From: Squalus acanthias | Lineage: Eukaryota | NCBI GenBank assembly: GCA_030390025.1 | Contig: CM059427.1 | Location: 186,744,001-186,808,000, forward strand | Reading direction: 5' to 3' | DNA length: 64,000 bases | Shown here: positions 12,337-25,514 of the stretch, in pieces | Numbering within the stretch: the stretch's first letter is position 1 | How the letters are laid out: every line of letters starts with the position of its first letter | Position numbers and translations under genes: made by a program | The notes under the pieces: generated by a model | What the model was told of the DNA's origin: nothing | Databases searched by the model: none | Seen by the model: only the letters and a program-made list of their open reading frames with translations

Positions 12337-12800
12337 TGTGTCAGCCGTGGCTCAGTTGTACTCTCACCTCTGAATCATAAAGTTGTGGATTCAAATCCCA
12401 CTTCAAAGACACTTAACCTCAAAAATCTAATCTTACACTGCAGTGCAGTACTGAGGGAGTGCTGCACTGCCAGAGGTGCTGTCTTTTGGATGAGATGTTA
12501 AACCAAGGCCACTTCTGCTCTCTCAGGTGGATGTAAAAGATCCATTGCATTGTTTCAAAGAAGAGCAGGGAAGTTATCCCTGATGTCCTGGCCAATATTT
12601 ATCCCTCAATCAATGTCACTAAAACAGATTACCTGGTCATTATCACATAGCTGTTTGTGGGAGCTTGCTGTGCACAAATTGGCTGCCGTGTTTCCTACAT
12701 TACAATGGTAACTACACGTCAAAAGTACTTCATTGGCTGTAAAGCACTTTGGGACATCCTGACGTTGTGAAAGGCGCTATACAAATGCAAGTCTTTATTT
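12337..12800 (+). mobile_element. DeuSINE-type (SacSINE1-like) SINE with L2-like tail
   Basis: tRNA head (gtggctcagt...gattcaaatccc), central gtactgagggagtgctgcactg...ggatgagatgttaaacc, tail gaaaggcgctatacaaatgcaagtcttt. Confidence 0.8.
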
Positions 12801-13909
12801 CTTTTTTCCACCTTGGTTACCAGTGGGAGTTCCATCTTAGGCGGCCATTTTTCAGTGCCTGCCCATTAAACTCTCCAATTTACAAATCAACTTCATGCAT
12901 GCTCTGTGTTATCCATCATATTTGGTAATGCTACAAGTTCTCTTCAGAAGAAACAAATGGCATAATGTGATCAACACAGATACTTAAATACTCGAGTATT
13001 GTCCATTGGAATCAGGCTCATATCCATGGGTGAAAATGATTGACAGCATTGATGTGCATTATATCATGTGTAGTGGATTCTGGGTCACTGTGCTATTTCC
13101 TCATGTTACACTGGAGTTGATACAATGAAACTCTACCATTAAACCATTCCCCAGACCTAGCTTGGGTCTAATGGTGCAGTTGCATTGTGTCAAACTCCAA
13201 TCCAAGATGGGGAAATAGCAGAGTGCTCCATGATTTATCCATCCCTCATTGTTCCATTTCCCCCCAGAAATACCTTGGGTGAAAATAGGACAATGAAGGA
13301 TGGATAATTCATAATCCGATGACTGTGGTGTGAAATTCCTTCTAATTAGCAGGCCATAAAGACCTTACCAGGTGTTGCCTGGACTGAAAATCATACGGGG
13401 CCTGAAATTCCTGGAGGCTCCTACCCCTGATGGAAGTGCAGGGGGTGGGATTTCCAATGTCAGCACGGCCCAGCGTAGACCCTGTCGCAGAGGCCTGTGT
13501 TATTTATAGCTCCTCGTGGGCATCCGCCCCACAGGGTGGCTGGAAGAATCAGAGGGGCACCTTCCCACTCTCTCGGGGTGCCGGCCCCTACAGCCAAGCA
13601 TATATTTCATTCAAGATGATCCTCAGATTTCTCCATTTTTAGATGTAAAGAAAATTCAATGCACATTTTTATTAAATCTAAAAAGTTGGAAAATGCACCA
13701 AGTAAGGGTCAAAAAATCAAACCTTGTGCCTTCTAAACTTGTACCTCTCCTAAAACTTTCATAAACTTCTGATTTTTCTCCTTCAAGATGAGTAATAATT
13801 TTGGGTGCACTTTGCAGCATAAATTACAAGTGTTCATACATTGCAAACTCACATTCAGGGTGTTTATGGAGTTGTCGCTCTTTCTGATGGGGTGACAACT
13901 TTCTTTTAG

Positions 13910-14108
13910 AAACATAGAAACATGGAAAAATAGGAGCAGGAGTTGGCCATTCGGACCTTCGAGCCTGCTCCGCCATTCAATATGATCATAGCTGATCCTC
14001 TATCTCAATACCATATTCCTGCTCTCTCCCCATACCCCTTGATGCCTTTTGTGTCTAGAAATCTATCTATCTCCTTCTTAAGTATATTCAGTGATTGGCC
14101 TCCACAGA
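13910..14108 (-). mobile_element. CR1 3' UTR fragment
   Basis: CATAGAAA tail and ggagcaggagttggccattcgg, as in other CR1 ends. Confidence 0.8.
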
Positions 14109-14799
14109 ATTTCTCTTAATTTCAGGCATAAAAATTTGACAGTCATTCAGCGGGCGGAAGTTGTGCAAAAAGCGCAACTCCACCCGCAAGAGGATTCTTG
14201 ACAGATCGCAAGTGCCGGGTTTCAGCACATGCGCTTCGCATGCCTAAACCCAGAACTTGCGCGGCTCATACGGGCCCGTACACACCTCGTACGGACCCGT
14301 AGGGGTCATAAAATACGGCCCAATATGAATAAGAAAGAAAGACAAGAGGGGAATGAGGGAGATTCAAAGTTCTGGTCCATTCAAGGCTTGGGTTGATGTA
14401 AAATCAAGCTATCCCTTCAATGCTGCGAGAATGTTTGCTTCTTCTGATAAGTGTTTGTTCCCAAAATCCAGGTCTGTACCATCATGTCTGTGTACGTGTT
14501 ATTCTAGCCAGCTGGTAAAAACTGACTCAGCATCAAAAACTGACATCCTCCAGGCGTGACTTCCTTAACTTCTCCTGAGAAATTAAAATCCTGATCTCCA
14601 GAATCATCTTTGTTGTACTTCTCTGTAATCTTCCAAAGGCAATAATATCCTTCCTGTAATTGAGTGACCAAAGCTGTAGACAGTAGAGCAGAAATGGTTC
14701 TACTCAGTGTCTTATAGATTTGTGCCTAAAAGATTTAAGTACTTCTGAATCTTTGTTATATTACTCCTGATTTTCCCTCCAGCATCTTCTGTTATCGTT

Positions 14800-15850
14800 A
14801 CCATATCATTACCTCTGGTGTCCCCCAAGGACCTATCCTTGGCCCCCCTCCTATTTCTCATCTACATGTTGCCCCTTGGTGACATCATCCGAACACACAG
14901 CATCAGCTTCCACATGTACGTTGACGACACCCAGCTCTATCTCACTACCTCGTCTCTCGACCCCTCCACGGTTTCTAAGTTATCAGACTGCTTGTCCGAC
15001 ATACAGTTCTGGATGAGCCAACATTTTCTCCAATTAAATATTGGAAAGACCGAAGCCCCCGATTCCATCCCTCTCCCTAACATCTGTCTGAGGCTGAACT
15101 ACACTGTTCGCAACCTTGGTGTCATATTTGACCCTGAAATGAGCTTCCGACCACATATCCGTAGCATAACAAAGGCCGCCTACTTCCACCTCCATAACAT
15201 CACCCGTCTCCGCCCTTGCCTCAGCTCATCCGATGCTGAAACCCTCATCAATGCCTTTGTTACCTCTAGACTTGAGTATTCCAATGCACTCCTGGCTGGC
15301 CTCCCACATTCCACCCTACGTAAACTTGAGGTCATCCAAAACTCAGCTGCCCATGTCCTAACTCGCACCAAGTCCCGTTCGCCCATCACCCCTGTGCGCG
15401 CTGACCTACATTGGCTCCCGTTTAAGCAGCACCTCGATTTCAAAATTCTCATCCTTGTTTTCAAATCCCTCCATGGACTCGCCCCTTCCTAACTCTGTAA
15501 TCTCCTTCAGCCCCACAACCCCCCGAGATATCTGCGCTCCTTTAATTCTGCCCTCTTGAGCATCCCTGATTATAATCGCTCAACCTTTGGTGGCCGTGCC
15601 TTCTTTTGCCTAGGCCCTAAGCTCTGGAATTCCCTGCCTAAACCTGTCCGCCTCGCTACCTCTCTTTCCTCCTTTAAGACACTCCTTAAAAACCTACTTC
15701 TTTGACCAAGCTTTTGGTCACCTGCCCAAATTTATCCTTATGTATTTTGGTGGCAAATATTTTGTTATAAAATACTCCTGTGCAGCGCCTTGGGACATTT
15801 AACTACGTTAAAGGCGCTATATAAATAAAAGTTGTTTTAGTTGTTGTTAT
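14800..15850 (+). mobile_element. L2 LINE RT 3' portion
   Basis: PLLFLIYMLPLG...FHMYVDDTQLY...LNIGKTE...FVTSRLEYSN; (TTG)n tail. Confidence 0.92.
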
Positions 15851-16204
15851 CTAGAGCGGTCGTCTCCCAATCCTTATCTCCAGGAGTGGATCGAGGGGGA
15901 ATCAAAGATTAACCTTACAGGTGTGATGCAATCACCTGAACGTGCTAATGAACCCATCGCCGGGATTTGGGGCGGGGTCAACGTTTATGGCTGGAGGTGG
16001 CAGGGAGTCCCGGTCTGTCCCTATTCTGTAGCAGAGCTGGAACCCCAGAATTTCGACCCCAGGCACTTCATGATATAACACTCCTTTCATTATAACACAG
16101 CAGATTCTCTGATTTACCATGAGTTCTGCCATTTGAGAGCTTCCAGTAACACTTACAATAACAGATCGCAAGACTGACCCCTTTGTTACCCATCCCGAAA
16201 TGTT

Positions 16205-16340
16205 TGTGTGGTTGATTTTGAGCTACCATCTGTTTCCTTTTTGGAGCCAATTTTCTATCTCAGCTCAAACGTCCACAACACCAATGATGTCTGAACCGAG
16301 CTGAAAGGGAAGAGGAAGCTCGCCTGCCCTGTGGTTTCAC
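16205..16340 (+). promoter_or_regulatory. Candidate leukocyte promoter of gene B (ETS/PU.1 + RUNX sites)
   Basis: GAGGAAG at 16312-16318 and TGTGGTTT at 16330-16337, plus a second TGTGGTT near 16207, in unique sequence just upstream of a donor-terminated exon. Confidence 0.45.
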
Positions 16341-16462
16341 AAGAGACAACGCCATTTACTTTGTGCAGAGCAACGACTGAGAACCTCAGTGTGTTGTGTG
16401 TCGCTGTGCTGGGAGCTTTGCTGCTCAGTCTCTGGACTTCTTCACTAGTCTCTTCCCACAAG
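16340..16462 (+). other. Probable non-coding first exon of gene B
   Basis: Unique sequence ending at donor CAAG|gtaggc; no in-frame ATG; the next acceptor-bearing exon (23025) carries the ATG. Confidence 0.45.
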
Positions 16463-17287
16463 GTAGGCAATCTTACTGCAAACATTCTTTTTAAAGGATT
16501 GATTTAAATGTCTTTTGAATAACTGATCACATTTCTCAAAGATGTTGCAGCCTTTAGACTAAACGAGGGCATCAAGTGCTTATTTATATGGTTTCCTCTC
16601 CTTTTTCATAAAACTCCAATAAGGGGGTTTCTTACAACTCAATGACTGCCGTCTGCTATTTTACACATTTTAAGCTTTCCTGCTTGTTGCCTGGTCGATA
16701 TAAAAATTTTGTCTTTAACTGGATTTGTTTTTTCTGGTTTCCCAAGTGATGCTCTGGTTCTGTTTGAGGTTTTCATTGTCCTTCAAAGTTCTGCTGGCGA
16801 TTCAGTTCTTTGACTAATCAGTGATGCCCAATTTAGTTGAAAATGTCTCGCAGAGAAATAGGAAGTAAAAGAGTGAAAAACTAAAATGTGAGAGAAGAGA
16901 TGAACCATTATGGGGAAACTTGATTGGCAGCCCTTAGTGTGGGCTTGACGACTGCCCCTACTTTTAGTTCAGCTCCTCCAGTGAATATGATACAGGGAAA
17001 AGCAGAAGCTCTAATTGACCTAAGGATCTGCCTGAAACCCGTTACCTTCTAATTGAGCTCGGAAAGCACAGCAATTACACCTTGCAGTCTGAAATCGTAA
17101 CATTGAGTTATCACAGTTTCCCTTTATCGGCACAGTAATACAGTGTGTGTGAGATGGTGCAATGCTCCTACCCTTATAAACCAGCCTCTGACCTACTGGG
17201 AGCAGCACCATAGCAGATACACTACCTTTAAAGAATTCTGTTTGGAAATCTATAAGCAGAAGAATTGTGGCCTATTTACGGTCATTT

Positions 17288-17680
17288 GGATCTTTAAAAT
17301 GTTAAACAATAATAAAATTGAGAAGTCGCACAGCACCAGGTTATAGTCCAACAGTTTTATTTGAAATCACAAGCTTTTGGAGCGGCCGCTCCTTCGTCAG
17401 GTGAATAATCCGAATAATAAAATTGTCATGGGCTTGTTTAACTGTTCTTGACTCAGGCCATGTGAGTAACCCAAAGCAGTAGATGGTTCTCTTGGGTCAC
17501 AGTTTTAGATGAAACACATTTGGGCCTTGGGTAGATCGCTGAACGATGTCAATGTTGTTAATCTAAAATTGTGACGCTAAGGTAAACCATCTACTGCTTT
17601 GGGTTAGTCACATGACCTAACTCAGGCCCAGTTAAACAAGCCCATGACCATTTCATTATTGTCCGACATTTTAGAGACCC
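17288..17680. mobile_element. Palindromic MITE with ~120 bp arms, interrupted by a Penelope terminal fragment (~17320-17412)
   Basis: gtcatgggcttgtttaactg...acccaaagcagtagatggtt pairs with aaccatctactgctttgggt...cagttaaacaagcccatgac; TTAA on the right flank; the insert is flanked by direct repeat AATAATAAAATTG. Confidence 0.7.
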
Positions 17681-17792
17681 TTAAAAAAATGGTTTTACTT
17701 ATGTTTCAGACTTGATAGATATTTTATTTGTAATTCCAAATATAAAAATTATTAGTTTCACATAACTTGCAGACAAAACACTCAAAATATAA

Positions 17793-18192
17793 GGTGTCAG
17801 CTGTGGCTCAGTGGTCGCACTCTCGCATCTGAGTCAGAAGATTGTGGTTAATGTCCGACTCCAGAGACTTGAGCACATAATCTCGGCTGATACTTCAGTG
17901 CAGTATTGAGGGAGTGCTGCACTGTCAGAGGGGTCGTCTTTCGGATGTCCTATCTGCCCTATCAGGTAAACGTTAATGATCCCAGGGCACTATTGAAAGA
18001 AGAGCAGGGCTGTTCTCGTGTTGTCCTGGTCTAATTTATTCCTTACCCAAAATCTAAAAAAGATGTTCTGATCATAAATTTCATTAATGTTTGTGAAACT
18101 TGCTGTGCGCAGGTTGGCTGACGTTTTTACTACATTACAAATGTAATTTATTGTAAAGTGTTTTGGGATGTCCTGAGGTTGTGAAAGACACT
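17793..18192 (+). mobile_element. DeuSINE-type SINE
   Basis: Homologous to 12337-12800. Confidence 0.8.
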
Positions 18193-18194
18193 AT

Positions 18195-19500
18195 GGGCTG
18201 GATTTTACCAACCTCGGTGGGTCCGTGGCGGGCGTCGTCGGTGACGGGTCCCGGCCTCACTGAAGGCTCCAGCCCACGGTGTAGAATGAATTTCCCTTGA
18301 TGGGGCTTGTTAAGCCCACCCAGCACGTTTCCCGGCCAATTAGAGGAAGCGGGTCTGGTGACGTCATTTGATGATGCGTCCTCAGCCGGTTTCCTTAAAG
18401 GGACCATGGCCAACTTTAATTTGACTTTTGTACTGTCAGTGTTCTATAGCATTGAGGTGCTGCAAACACTGACAAGCACGGCACAGGGCTGTACCCAAGC
18501 TCTCCCAGAACTCCCTCCATAAGCATATGGATGGAGTCACAGTACACAGGGAGATCCTCTTCCCTTCCCATGGGTGGAGAAGACCTCCCTAGGAGATCAA
18601 CACAGCCTGGTTGCACATTGCACAGGACGGCACAAGCAGGGATGTTGTCAGGAGGACCTAGATGCAGTGGCGCAAACGTTTCAATGATCTCAGTAGATCA
18701 CGAAACATTAGCACAATGCCACATTCAACCTCATCCTGCTGTGCCTCTCATCACATCCCCATCACTCTGCCTTCCCTAACCTACTCCTGCACATCCTTAC
18801 ACACACCAACTTATACTTGCGCCTCCACCCATCCCTCTCTATCTACATTATCACTTCCCCATCTCACTAGCCACCCCTCACACTCATCCTCATCCTAGTG
18901 CAATCATACCAACTAACAACACACAAGGGTGTTTTATGCAATGTTCATGTAAAGTTTCTGTTAATGTGGTGGCAGATATTGAAACCTTTATTTTCAACAC
19001 TTTGAGTTCTTGGACAGATTTGTGTGCACAGATTTGTTTGGAAGTGGCTTAGTGGGTTGCAGTGAATTGTGAGACATAACGTTACCCCCCGCAATGTTCA
19101 TGAGTGTGAAAGGAATGGTTTGGACATTGTAGGGATGCTTTATGGTGTTGGTGAGGGGTGGTGCCAACCTGGTGCATCATGTGACAGCCATATAGTTACA
19201 GTGTAAAGTTAACTAAATCTGGCCATGATGAGGCCATCCCGGGCAATATGCTCGTGTGCTGATGCCCGCTGTCCTGTGCAGCGTCAGCTGTTTGTGGTGA
19301 AGGTTGGTGTTGTTGTTGGTGCTGCCAATGTGCCTAGTGATGCTGGAGTTGGGGCTGATTGTGGTGGGATTCTGCAGACCTAGGTGAGAGATTATAAAGT
19401 GCAGTGATGCTGATGGAATAGATGGCAGGGGAAGTAGAAATGACAGAAGCCATCTGTCAATGGTGGGAGAGGTAATGAGGTCAGACTGGATGGAGACTTG
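18195..19500. mobile_element. Degenerate Harbinger element (Myb/SANT relic on +, transposase 5' relic on -)
   Basis: Terminus GGGCTGGATTTT; QWRKRFNDL at ~18665; 19210-19400 resembles the reverse of 34400-34580. Confidence 0.65.
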
Positions 19501-20027
19501 TGTAAAGACTTGCAGCATTCTGAATCTGTAGTGGAAATACACTTTAGAGAAGCTAGTGGTGAAGGGAACATTTCTCAATCAGCTGGGAGATTTGACTTGA
19601 CATTTGAAGCTGTCAACTCATCAGCTGAAACAATGGCCACTGACCTCCCACCTCAACTTTACAGACGAGGTCTCGGCACAGCGGGAAACTGGTGGGCGAC
19701 CTGTCATATTCAAATAGCTGGGGAAAAGCTTGGTTAAGTGGCTGTAAACAAGCCACTAATGATTTTAATTGCACCCACAGGCAGTGGGATTGGTTTTTGG
19801 ATTGTTCTAGCAGGTGCTGGCAGACACAACGGGACAAGTTCTTCTGTGATGTAATCTTCAATGTCTCCATAGAAAGGACGGATGGCATTGAAGATTATAG
19901 TGAGCAATTATCTTTGTATCCATCCAAAAGAGCCTAATCTTGGAGGTAATCATTTATTTGTTACAATTCTGCCTGAGATGTAGAGGAACAAGAATTACAG
20001 CTGAGAGAATAAACACAAAAAGACATT

Positions 20028-20750
20028 GGGACGGATATTCCGATCCCTACGGGTGTGTACGCGCTGTGTACCCACCCATAGGGACATCGGAAATGCCGGT
20101 TTCAGGCATGCACTGCGCATGCGCTGAAAACCGGCATTTCCGATCTGTCAAGAATGCTCTTGACAGATCCTTCGGCTGCCCTGGAGAAGGGCCTCTGCAG
20201 GCGGATAGTTCCGCTTTTTGGAGACGCTCCACCCACAGAAAACCCTTACAATTCTTACGCCTGGTAAAAGCAGACGTAAGGCCTGCTTTTAGCAGGATAA
20301 GAGTTGAAATTTTTTTTTAAATTTCACTGATTTATCATTTAAAAATACTTTAAAAATAGGTAAGTTTAATTATTTTTTAAAAAATAAATTTTTGTTTAAA
20401 ATACTTAATTTATTGTAATTTCAAGTCATTTTAAAAATGTGATTTTTAAAAAATTATTTAAAGTTTTAGTATGTTTTTTCATTGATCTCCATTCATATAT
20501 TTGACAGGTCTTCCTGTCAAATGTATGAAGGGAGATTCGCTTCTGTGATTGGCTCCCCATTGCCCACGTGATCCCAGGGATGCTGTGCACTACATGCGCC
20601 TCTGGGATACGTGGGCCCTGCGCACTTCAAGTTTGGAGAGGCCCAGGAGCGGAAGCGTGTGTGTCCCGGGAGCCCTCAGGTAAGGGCGCAGATTTTTCCA
20701 GATCGTAGGCCTCCGCCCACAGGAGGTCTGTGATAGGAAAGTACGGGTCA
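20028..20750. mobile_element. Harbinger-type MITE
   Basis: GGGACGGATATTCCG...GGAAAGTACGGGTC ends; internal palindrome ccggtttc...gcgcatgcgc...aaaccgg shared with the 14120, 24570 and 26447 elements. Confidence 0.55.
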
Positions 20751-21419
20751 TTGATCTTTTAGAAGGAATGGTGTTCCTCTAACCTCATTCCAACCCATTT
20801 CCACACAAACACACACACAAACACACACACACGTGTATTTGTGTGCAGACACGCATTAGAGAGAAATAACATTCATTTATATACTGCACTTGACATCGAG
20901 GCAACATTTAACCGTGTGTGGCACCAAGGAGCCCCAGTAAAACTGAAGTCAATGGGGATCAGGGGGAATACTCTCCAGTGTTTGGAGTCAAACCTGGGAC
21001 AAATGAAGATGTTTATGGTCAATGGAGACCGATCATTCCATCCTAAGGACATTGCTGCCCACCATTTTGGTAGAACAGGACGCCATTTTGTGCCCTTAAA
21101 ACAGGGACTGCATGCTGGGATTTTTTTGGTCCCAGACCCAGATAGGCTGCTTCCAACTCCAGGTTGCTGATATAAATCATATGCAATCTCAAGACAAATA
21201 ATTTAATTGCTTAATAGAGTGCACCAACCTGAGGGAAATTACCAAGTAGCTCGCACAACTGACAAGCAAAATATATTGGTGCACAGGTGTGATCGAACTA
21301 AGCGGACTCAGATTTGGCTCAGTGTTAGTGATGAACACACCTTTCCTTTTGGTAACTACTTCTTTTAACCCTAATCCTGACCTGTAGTTTATATTATTTT
21401 ACATCAGGTTGTTTTTTTT

Positions 21420-21810
21420 TAATTTATTCATTCATGGGATGTGGGTGTCGCTGGCAAGGCCAGCATTTATTGCCCATCCCTAAATGCCCTTGATTTTAGA
21501 ATCTAGAATAAAAGGGCATATTCTCAGAATAAGGGGGCACCCATTTAAGATGGAGATGAGGAGGAATTTCTTCTCTCAGAGGGTCGTGAATCTTTGGAAT
21601 TCTTTACCCCAGAGAGCTGTGGAAGCTGAGTCATTGAATATATTCAAGGCTGAGATAGACAGATTTTTCAGCAACAGGGGAGTCAAGGGTTATGGGGAGC
21701 GGGCAGGAAAGTGGAGTTGAGGCCAAAATCGGATCAGCCATGATCTCATTAAATGGCAGAGCAGGCTCGAGGGGCTGAATGGCCTGCTCCTGCTCCTATT
21801 TCTTATGCCC
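21420..21810. mobile_element. LINE tail (-) with inserted CR1 3' fragment (+, ~21495-21808)
   Basis: KGHILRIRG...FFSQRVVNLWNSLPQ...KGYGERAGKW inside a reverse tail of the 28455-type LINE. Confidence 0.8.
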
Positions 21811-21904
21811 TTGTGAAGGTGGTGCCCTGTAATATCCGTTCACTGGGGGGCTAAAAAGCCTTGTAAAGGTTTTTTAAAAAAAATGCACAGCAAAAATTTC
21901 TTTC

Positions 21905-22570
21905 AATAAATTATTCTTGAGATATTGGCATTGCTGGTAAAGCTGGCATTCTTTGCCCATCACCAGTTGCCCTTGAGAAGGTGTGGGTGGGCCTTCTTCT
22001 TGAACCTCTGCAGTCCATGTGTGAAGGTGCTCCCACAATTCTTTTAGGTCGGGAGTTCCAGGACTTTGGTCCAGCGACAATGAAGGAACGGCGATATATG
22101 TCCAGTTAGGATGGCGTGTGACTTGGAGGGGAACTTGAAGGTGATGGTGTTCCCATGCACCTGCTGTACTTGTCCTTCTAGGTGGTGGAGATCGCAGGTT
22201 CTGGAGGTGCTGCCGAAAATGCCTGGCGAGTTGTGCAGTGCGTCCTGTAGATTGGACACACTGCAGCCACGGTGCGCAAGTAGTGCAAGGCGGGAATGTT
22301 TATGGTAGTGGATATGTTGCCAATCAAGCGGACCGCTTGTCCTGGATAGTGTCGAGCTTCTTGCAATTGGAGAGTATTCCATCACATTCCTGACTTGTGC
22401 CTTGTAGATGGTGGAGAGGTTTTGGGGAGTGAATTGATACAGCAAACCCAGCATCTGACCGGCGCTAGTAGCCATGGCATTTATATGGCTGGTACAGTTG
22501 AGTTTCTGGTCAATGGCGATCCCATGGAAGTTGCTGGTGGGGGATTCGGTGATAATAATGCCATTGAAAG
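21905..22570 (-). mobile_element. 3' fragment of the 28455-type CR1-like LINE
   Basis: TPQNLSTIYKAQVRNVMEYSP; homologous to ~30930-31620. Confidence 0.85.
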
Positions 22571-23024
22571 CATGTTATTATATAGACATTATCAATAAAT
22601 GGAGCAGCAGTGAACAAGAAAATGTTAATTGCTGTTAATTCATAGTCATTTGTATAACATTCATAAATTTTCTGATCAGTTTTAATTAATTACGTATAAG
22701 TGAAAATTTTAGTGGAGAAAACTTTTGCTAGTGTACATTTTGTCCATTCTTCTGACAATTGGTAATTACATTTCACTTTTTATTTCTACTTCAATGACTT
22801 TATTTTCAGTTGGAAAGTCTATGTGGCTGGTGGATAAGAGGTGGATTTTGCATGGTCCATTGTTTATTAGGATGAGTAACTTTTAATACACTTCTCACAG
22901 GAAGAGGTGGAGAAGAAGTTTATGAAGAAATTTACTGAAGATGTTTATTGGACATTTTACAGTTCCAAGTTAGAATGGGGAAATAATTTGGAAAGCTCTT
23001 TTACCTCATTTCTTTTCTTCACAG

Positions 23025-23126
23025 TCTGAAGTGTTAAACATATTCAGGAAATGTGCCTCGGTTTTACTTCTGGTGGTTTTCTGGTGCTATATCTATATCT
23101 ATATCTATATGTATATTTCTTACAGG
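23025..23126 (+). pseudogene. Gene B leader exon: ATG 23051, MCLGFTSGGFLVLYLYLYLYVYFLQ(G); splice donor apparently mutated
   Basis: Strong acceptor tttcttttcttcacag|; hydrophobic 25-aa peptide ending in phase 1 (matching the D1 exon) but followed by GAAAGA instead of GTAAGA. Confidence 0.6.
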
Positions 23127-23754
23127 GAAAGAGACTGAATCTGTGAAATGACGCTACGATTTTTCTGCAGCAAAATGCCAGCTGGTTTGATGTTCAGTTT
23201 CTTTGTGTTTCGAATGGCAAACTAGAATCAAAAGAGTAAAATTTTTCCAGCTTGACCTTTAATACAAAGTGAAACAGATGTACACAAGCACACAAGGAAA
23301 TATTTGTGGCATTGTGTTACGAAGAACATAGTTATCACAGTGAGCACCCATGTTCAAATAGCCTGGATAAAAACATCTCCTGTAGTCAAAACACTCTTCT
23401 CACAGCGCAGTGCGTGCCCTCAGAATGTTTGACTTTGCTCAGACTTTTAAGCAGAAATCAATTCAAGATTTCTAGGATAACTTTTAGTTTTGTTTCCACA
23501 GTGTGTAGCGAGGGGTTGTTATCTTTCGTGTACTTTAGCTTTATATCATTAAACGGAGGGCACACGTCCAAATCCTACAATCGAACAGTAGTTAAAGATT
23601 TCTTTAGTTATTTTTGCAAGTTTCATGTGAACACATTATTTAGCATACTCTATTCTACATGCAGTTAAATTCTGAAAATTAAATTGATTGCTCACGAATA
23701 AATATCCTTTAGAAACACAGAAGGCCAGACAGGGAGGCAGATAGAAAGTATTCA

Positions 23755-24400
23755 CTTTAATTACTTGGGAAGTTGAATAAGAAAGTTAAATAAAGTGAAC
23801 ATCTATCAGATTTCAGCGACCAATTCTGTCCTTTCAACTCAAAAATGAACAACGTAACAAACAATATATCGATATAAATATGGAAAATAGATTTATCTAT
23901 TACCAGTCTAAATGAGGACTAAATAATATATTTTAATTCTGAAAATTAACATTGAATATATGGCTGGGAATCTCTTTCTGAAGTTCAACAACATTACTTG
24001 TCGGAGTATTAGACCTTTACTGAGTATCAAAACAGAAAGTTGTAAACATAGGGACTAAAAGATTGTGAGTTTGGATGAAACAAAACCAAAATGCTGATAT
24101 ATGAAATAAGTCCAAGTACCAGTTTAATTAAAAGTTTCAGAAGTCTTTAGAAGTTTTAAAAAGTTTTTAAAATGTAATTTCAATGGAAGAGACTGAGAGA
24201 CGTTTCTGTGGGCGTGGCTTAGTTTTGGCAGGTTTTGTGGGCGTGTCTTCCCTTACGCATAGGCTGTACGCTGCGTGCCGCCTCCCTGATGTCATACGCT
24301 GCGCAGAGCTCTGCAGCACAGAAGAGCAAGTCTCCGTTCTGGGCCTCGCACAAGGTAAGTTTGTATATCTTTTCATAGGTCGGCGGCGTACTCCGTAGCT
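23755..24400 (+). repeat. Low-copy duplicated block, copy 1 (paralogous to 63080-63968)
   Basis: Long near-identical AT-rich stretches (agttgaataagaaagttaaataaagtgaacatctatca...) plus the GC-box/donor segment. Confidence 0.9.
24183..24354 (+). other. Candidate alternative (MITE-derived) first exon with Sp/KLF boxes
   Basis: ATG 24183 open to CAAG|gtaagt in phase 1, in frame with D1; GGGCGTGGC and GGGCGTGTC boxes; lies at a MITE end (…ccacaatttttcggcc, ~24426). Confidence 0.35.
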
Positions 24401-25172
24401 ACACCGCCGACCACAATTTTTCGGCCGTTGTTTCACTTTATCATAGTGTTTAATGAATTCACACACCTAGTATTCAGAAAGCAAGTAAAGTCTTTATTTT
24501 CATGTCCCTGCTCCTTTAAACAGGATGTGTAAGTTCCCTTTTCAGATTCCAGCAATGGAACAAAATAATGACCTGGATTTTCCGGGGTCTATGACGGCGT
24601 ACGTGGTGCGTACACGGCCGTAAGTACCCCGCAGGTTCTCGGTTTCCACATGAGCTGCACATGCACGAAAACCAAGTGCTGCTTTATCTCTGTAACGTGT
24701 CTCTTCAGACAAGGTGGGTGGGGGGCGGACGCAGGAACCGCCTGATCTCCGCCCACCTTTGGAAACCCTGTCACAGGACAAACAGGGTGGAGACTCGACA
24801 TAACCGTATCCTGCCCCAATTTCTCTCCCTGAGCTCCTGCCCACCTGATAATGCCCCCTGTAGACCAGGAGTCAGGAGGAGATTTGGAGCTTTTATTTTC
24901 TGTAACATGAATGAACCATGTGCACTCTTTTTACTTTAGTTATTTTTTGTAGTAATGATGTATGTTCTGATAATTCTAGCAATAGATACACTGAATGTGT
25001 AATGGAATTGTTCTGTTTTTCTCTGTAATAGTGTCTGCAGTGAAGGCAACATGTTCAGTTGAATATAAAAATATGACTGTATAAAATGAACTCCAATATA
25101 AATAATTACAAATATGAGATTAAGGAGTTGTGATTTGATTTAAAATGTTTACATTGTTCCTCTTTCTAACAG

Positions 25173-25514
25173 GAAAACCAAATCATATTTATTTTTTGGA
25201 TAAGCGAGGTGACTTTCAGTTAAAAGGATCGGAAAATCCTGGGAATGGCCCTGTTGTCTGGGAATGGAAACCACACTCAGGGCAAGAAATCCAGCGACTG
25301 GTTACTTTTCACAAAGGGAGTTCGCGCTGGTGGGGCGCACAATGGAACGATCACATTGGAAACAAGGAGTTGTACGAAAAGACATTGCAGGATGGTGGTT
25401 CCATTAATCTGAGAATTAGAAAACCCACATTTAAACTTGCGGGATCATTTATCTTGACTCAAACACAGCCAAGTAATAAAACCCTGGAACAGTATGAAAT
25501 ATTTGGGATCAAAG
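25173..25514 (+). CDS. Gene B Ig D1, V-like, no cysteines
   Basis: Acceptor tctttctaacag|, donor AAAG|gtgagt, 342 bp, phase 1-1; VVWEWKPHSG (C strand), NLRIRKPTFKLAGSF (E-F), QYEIFGIK (G). Confidence 0.85.
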
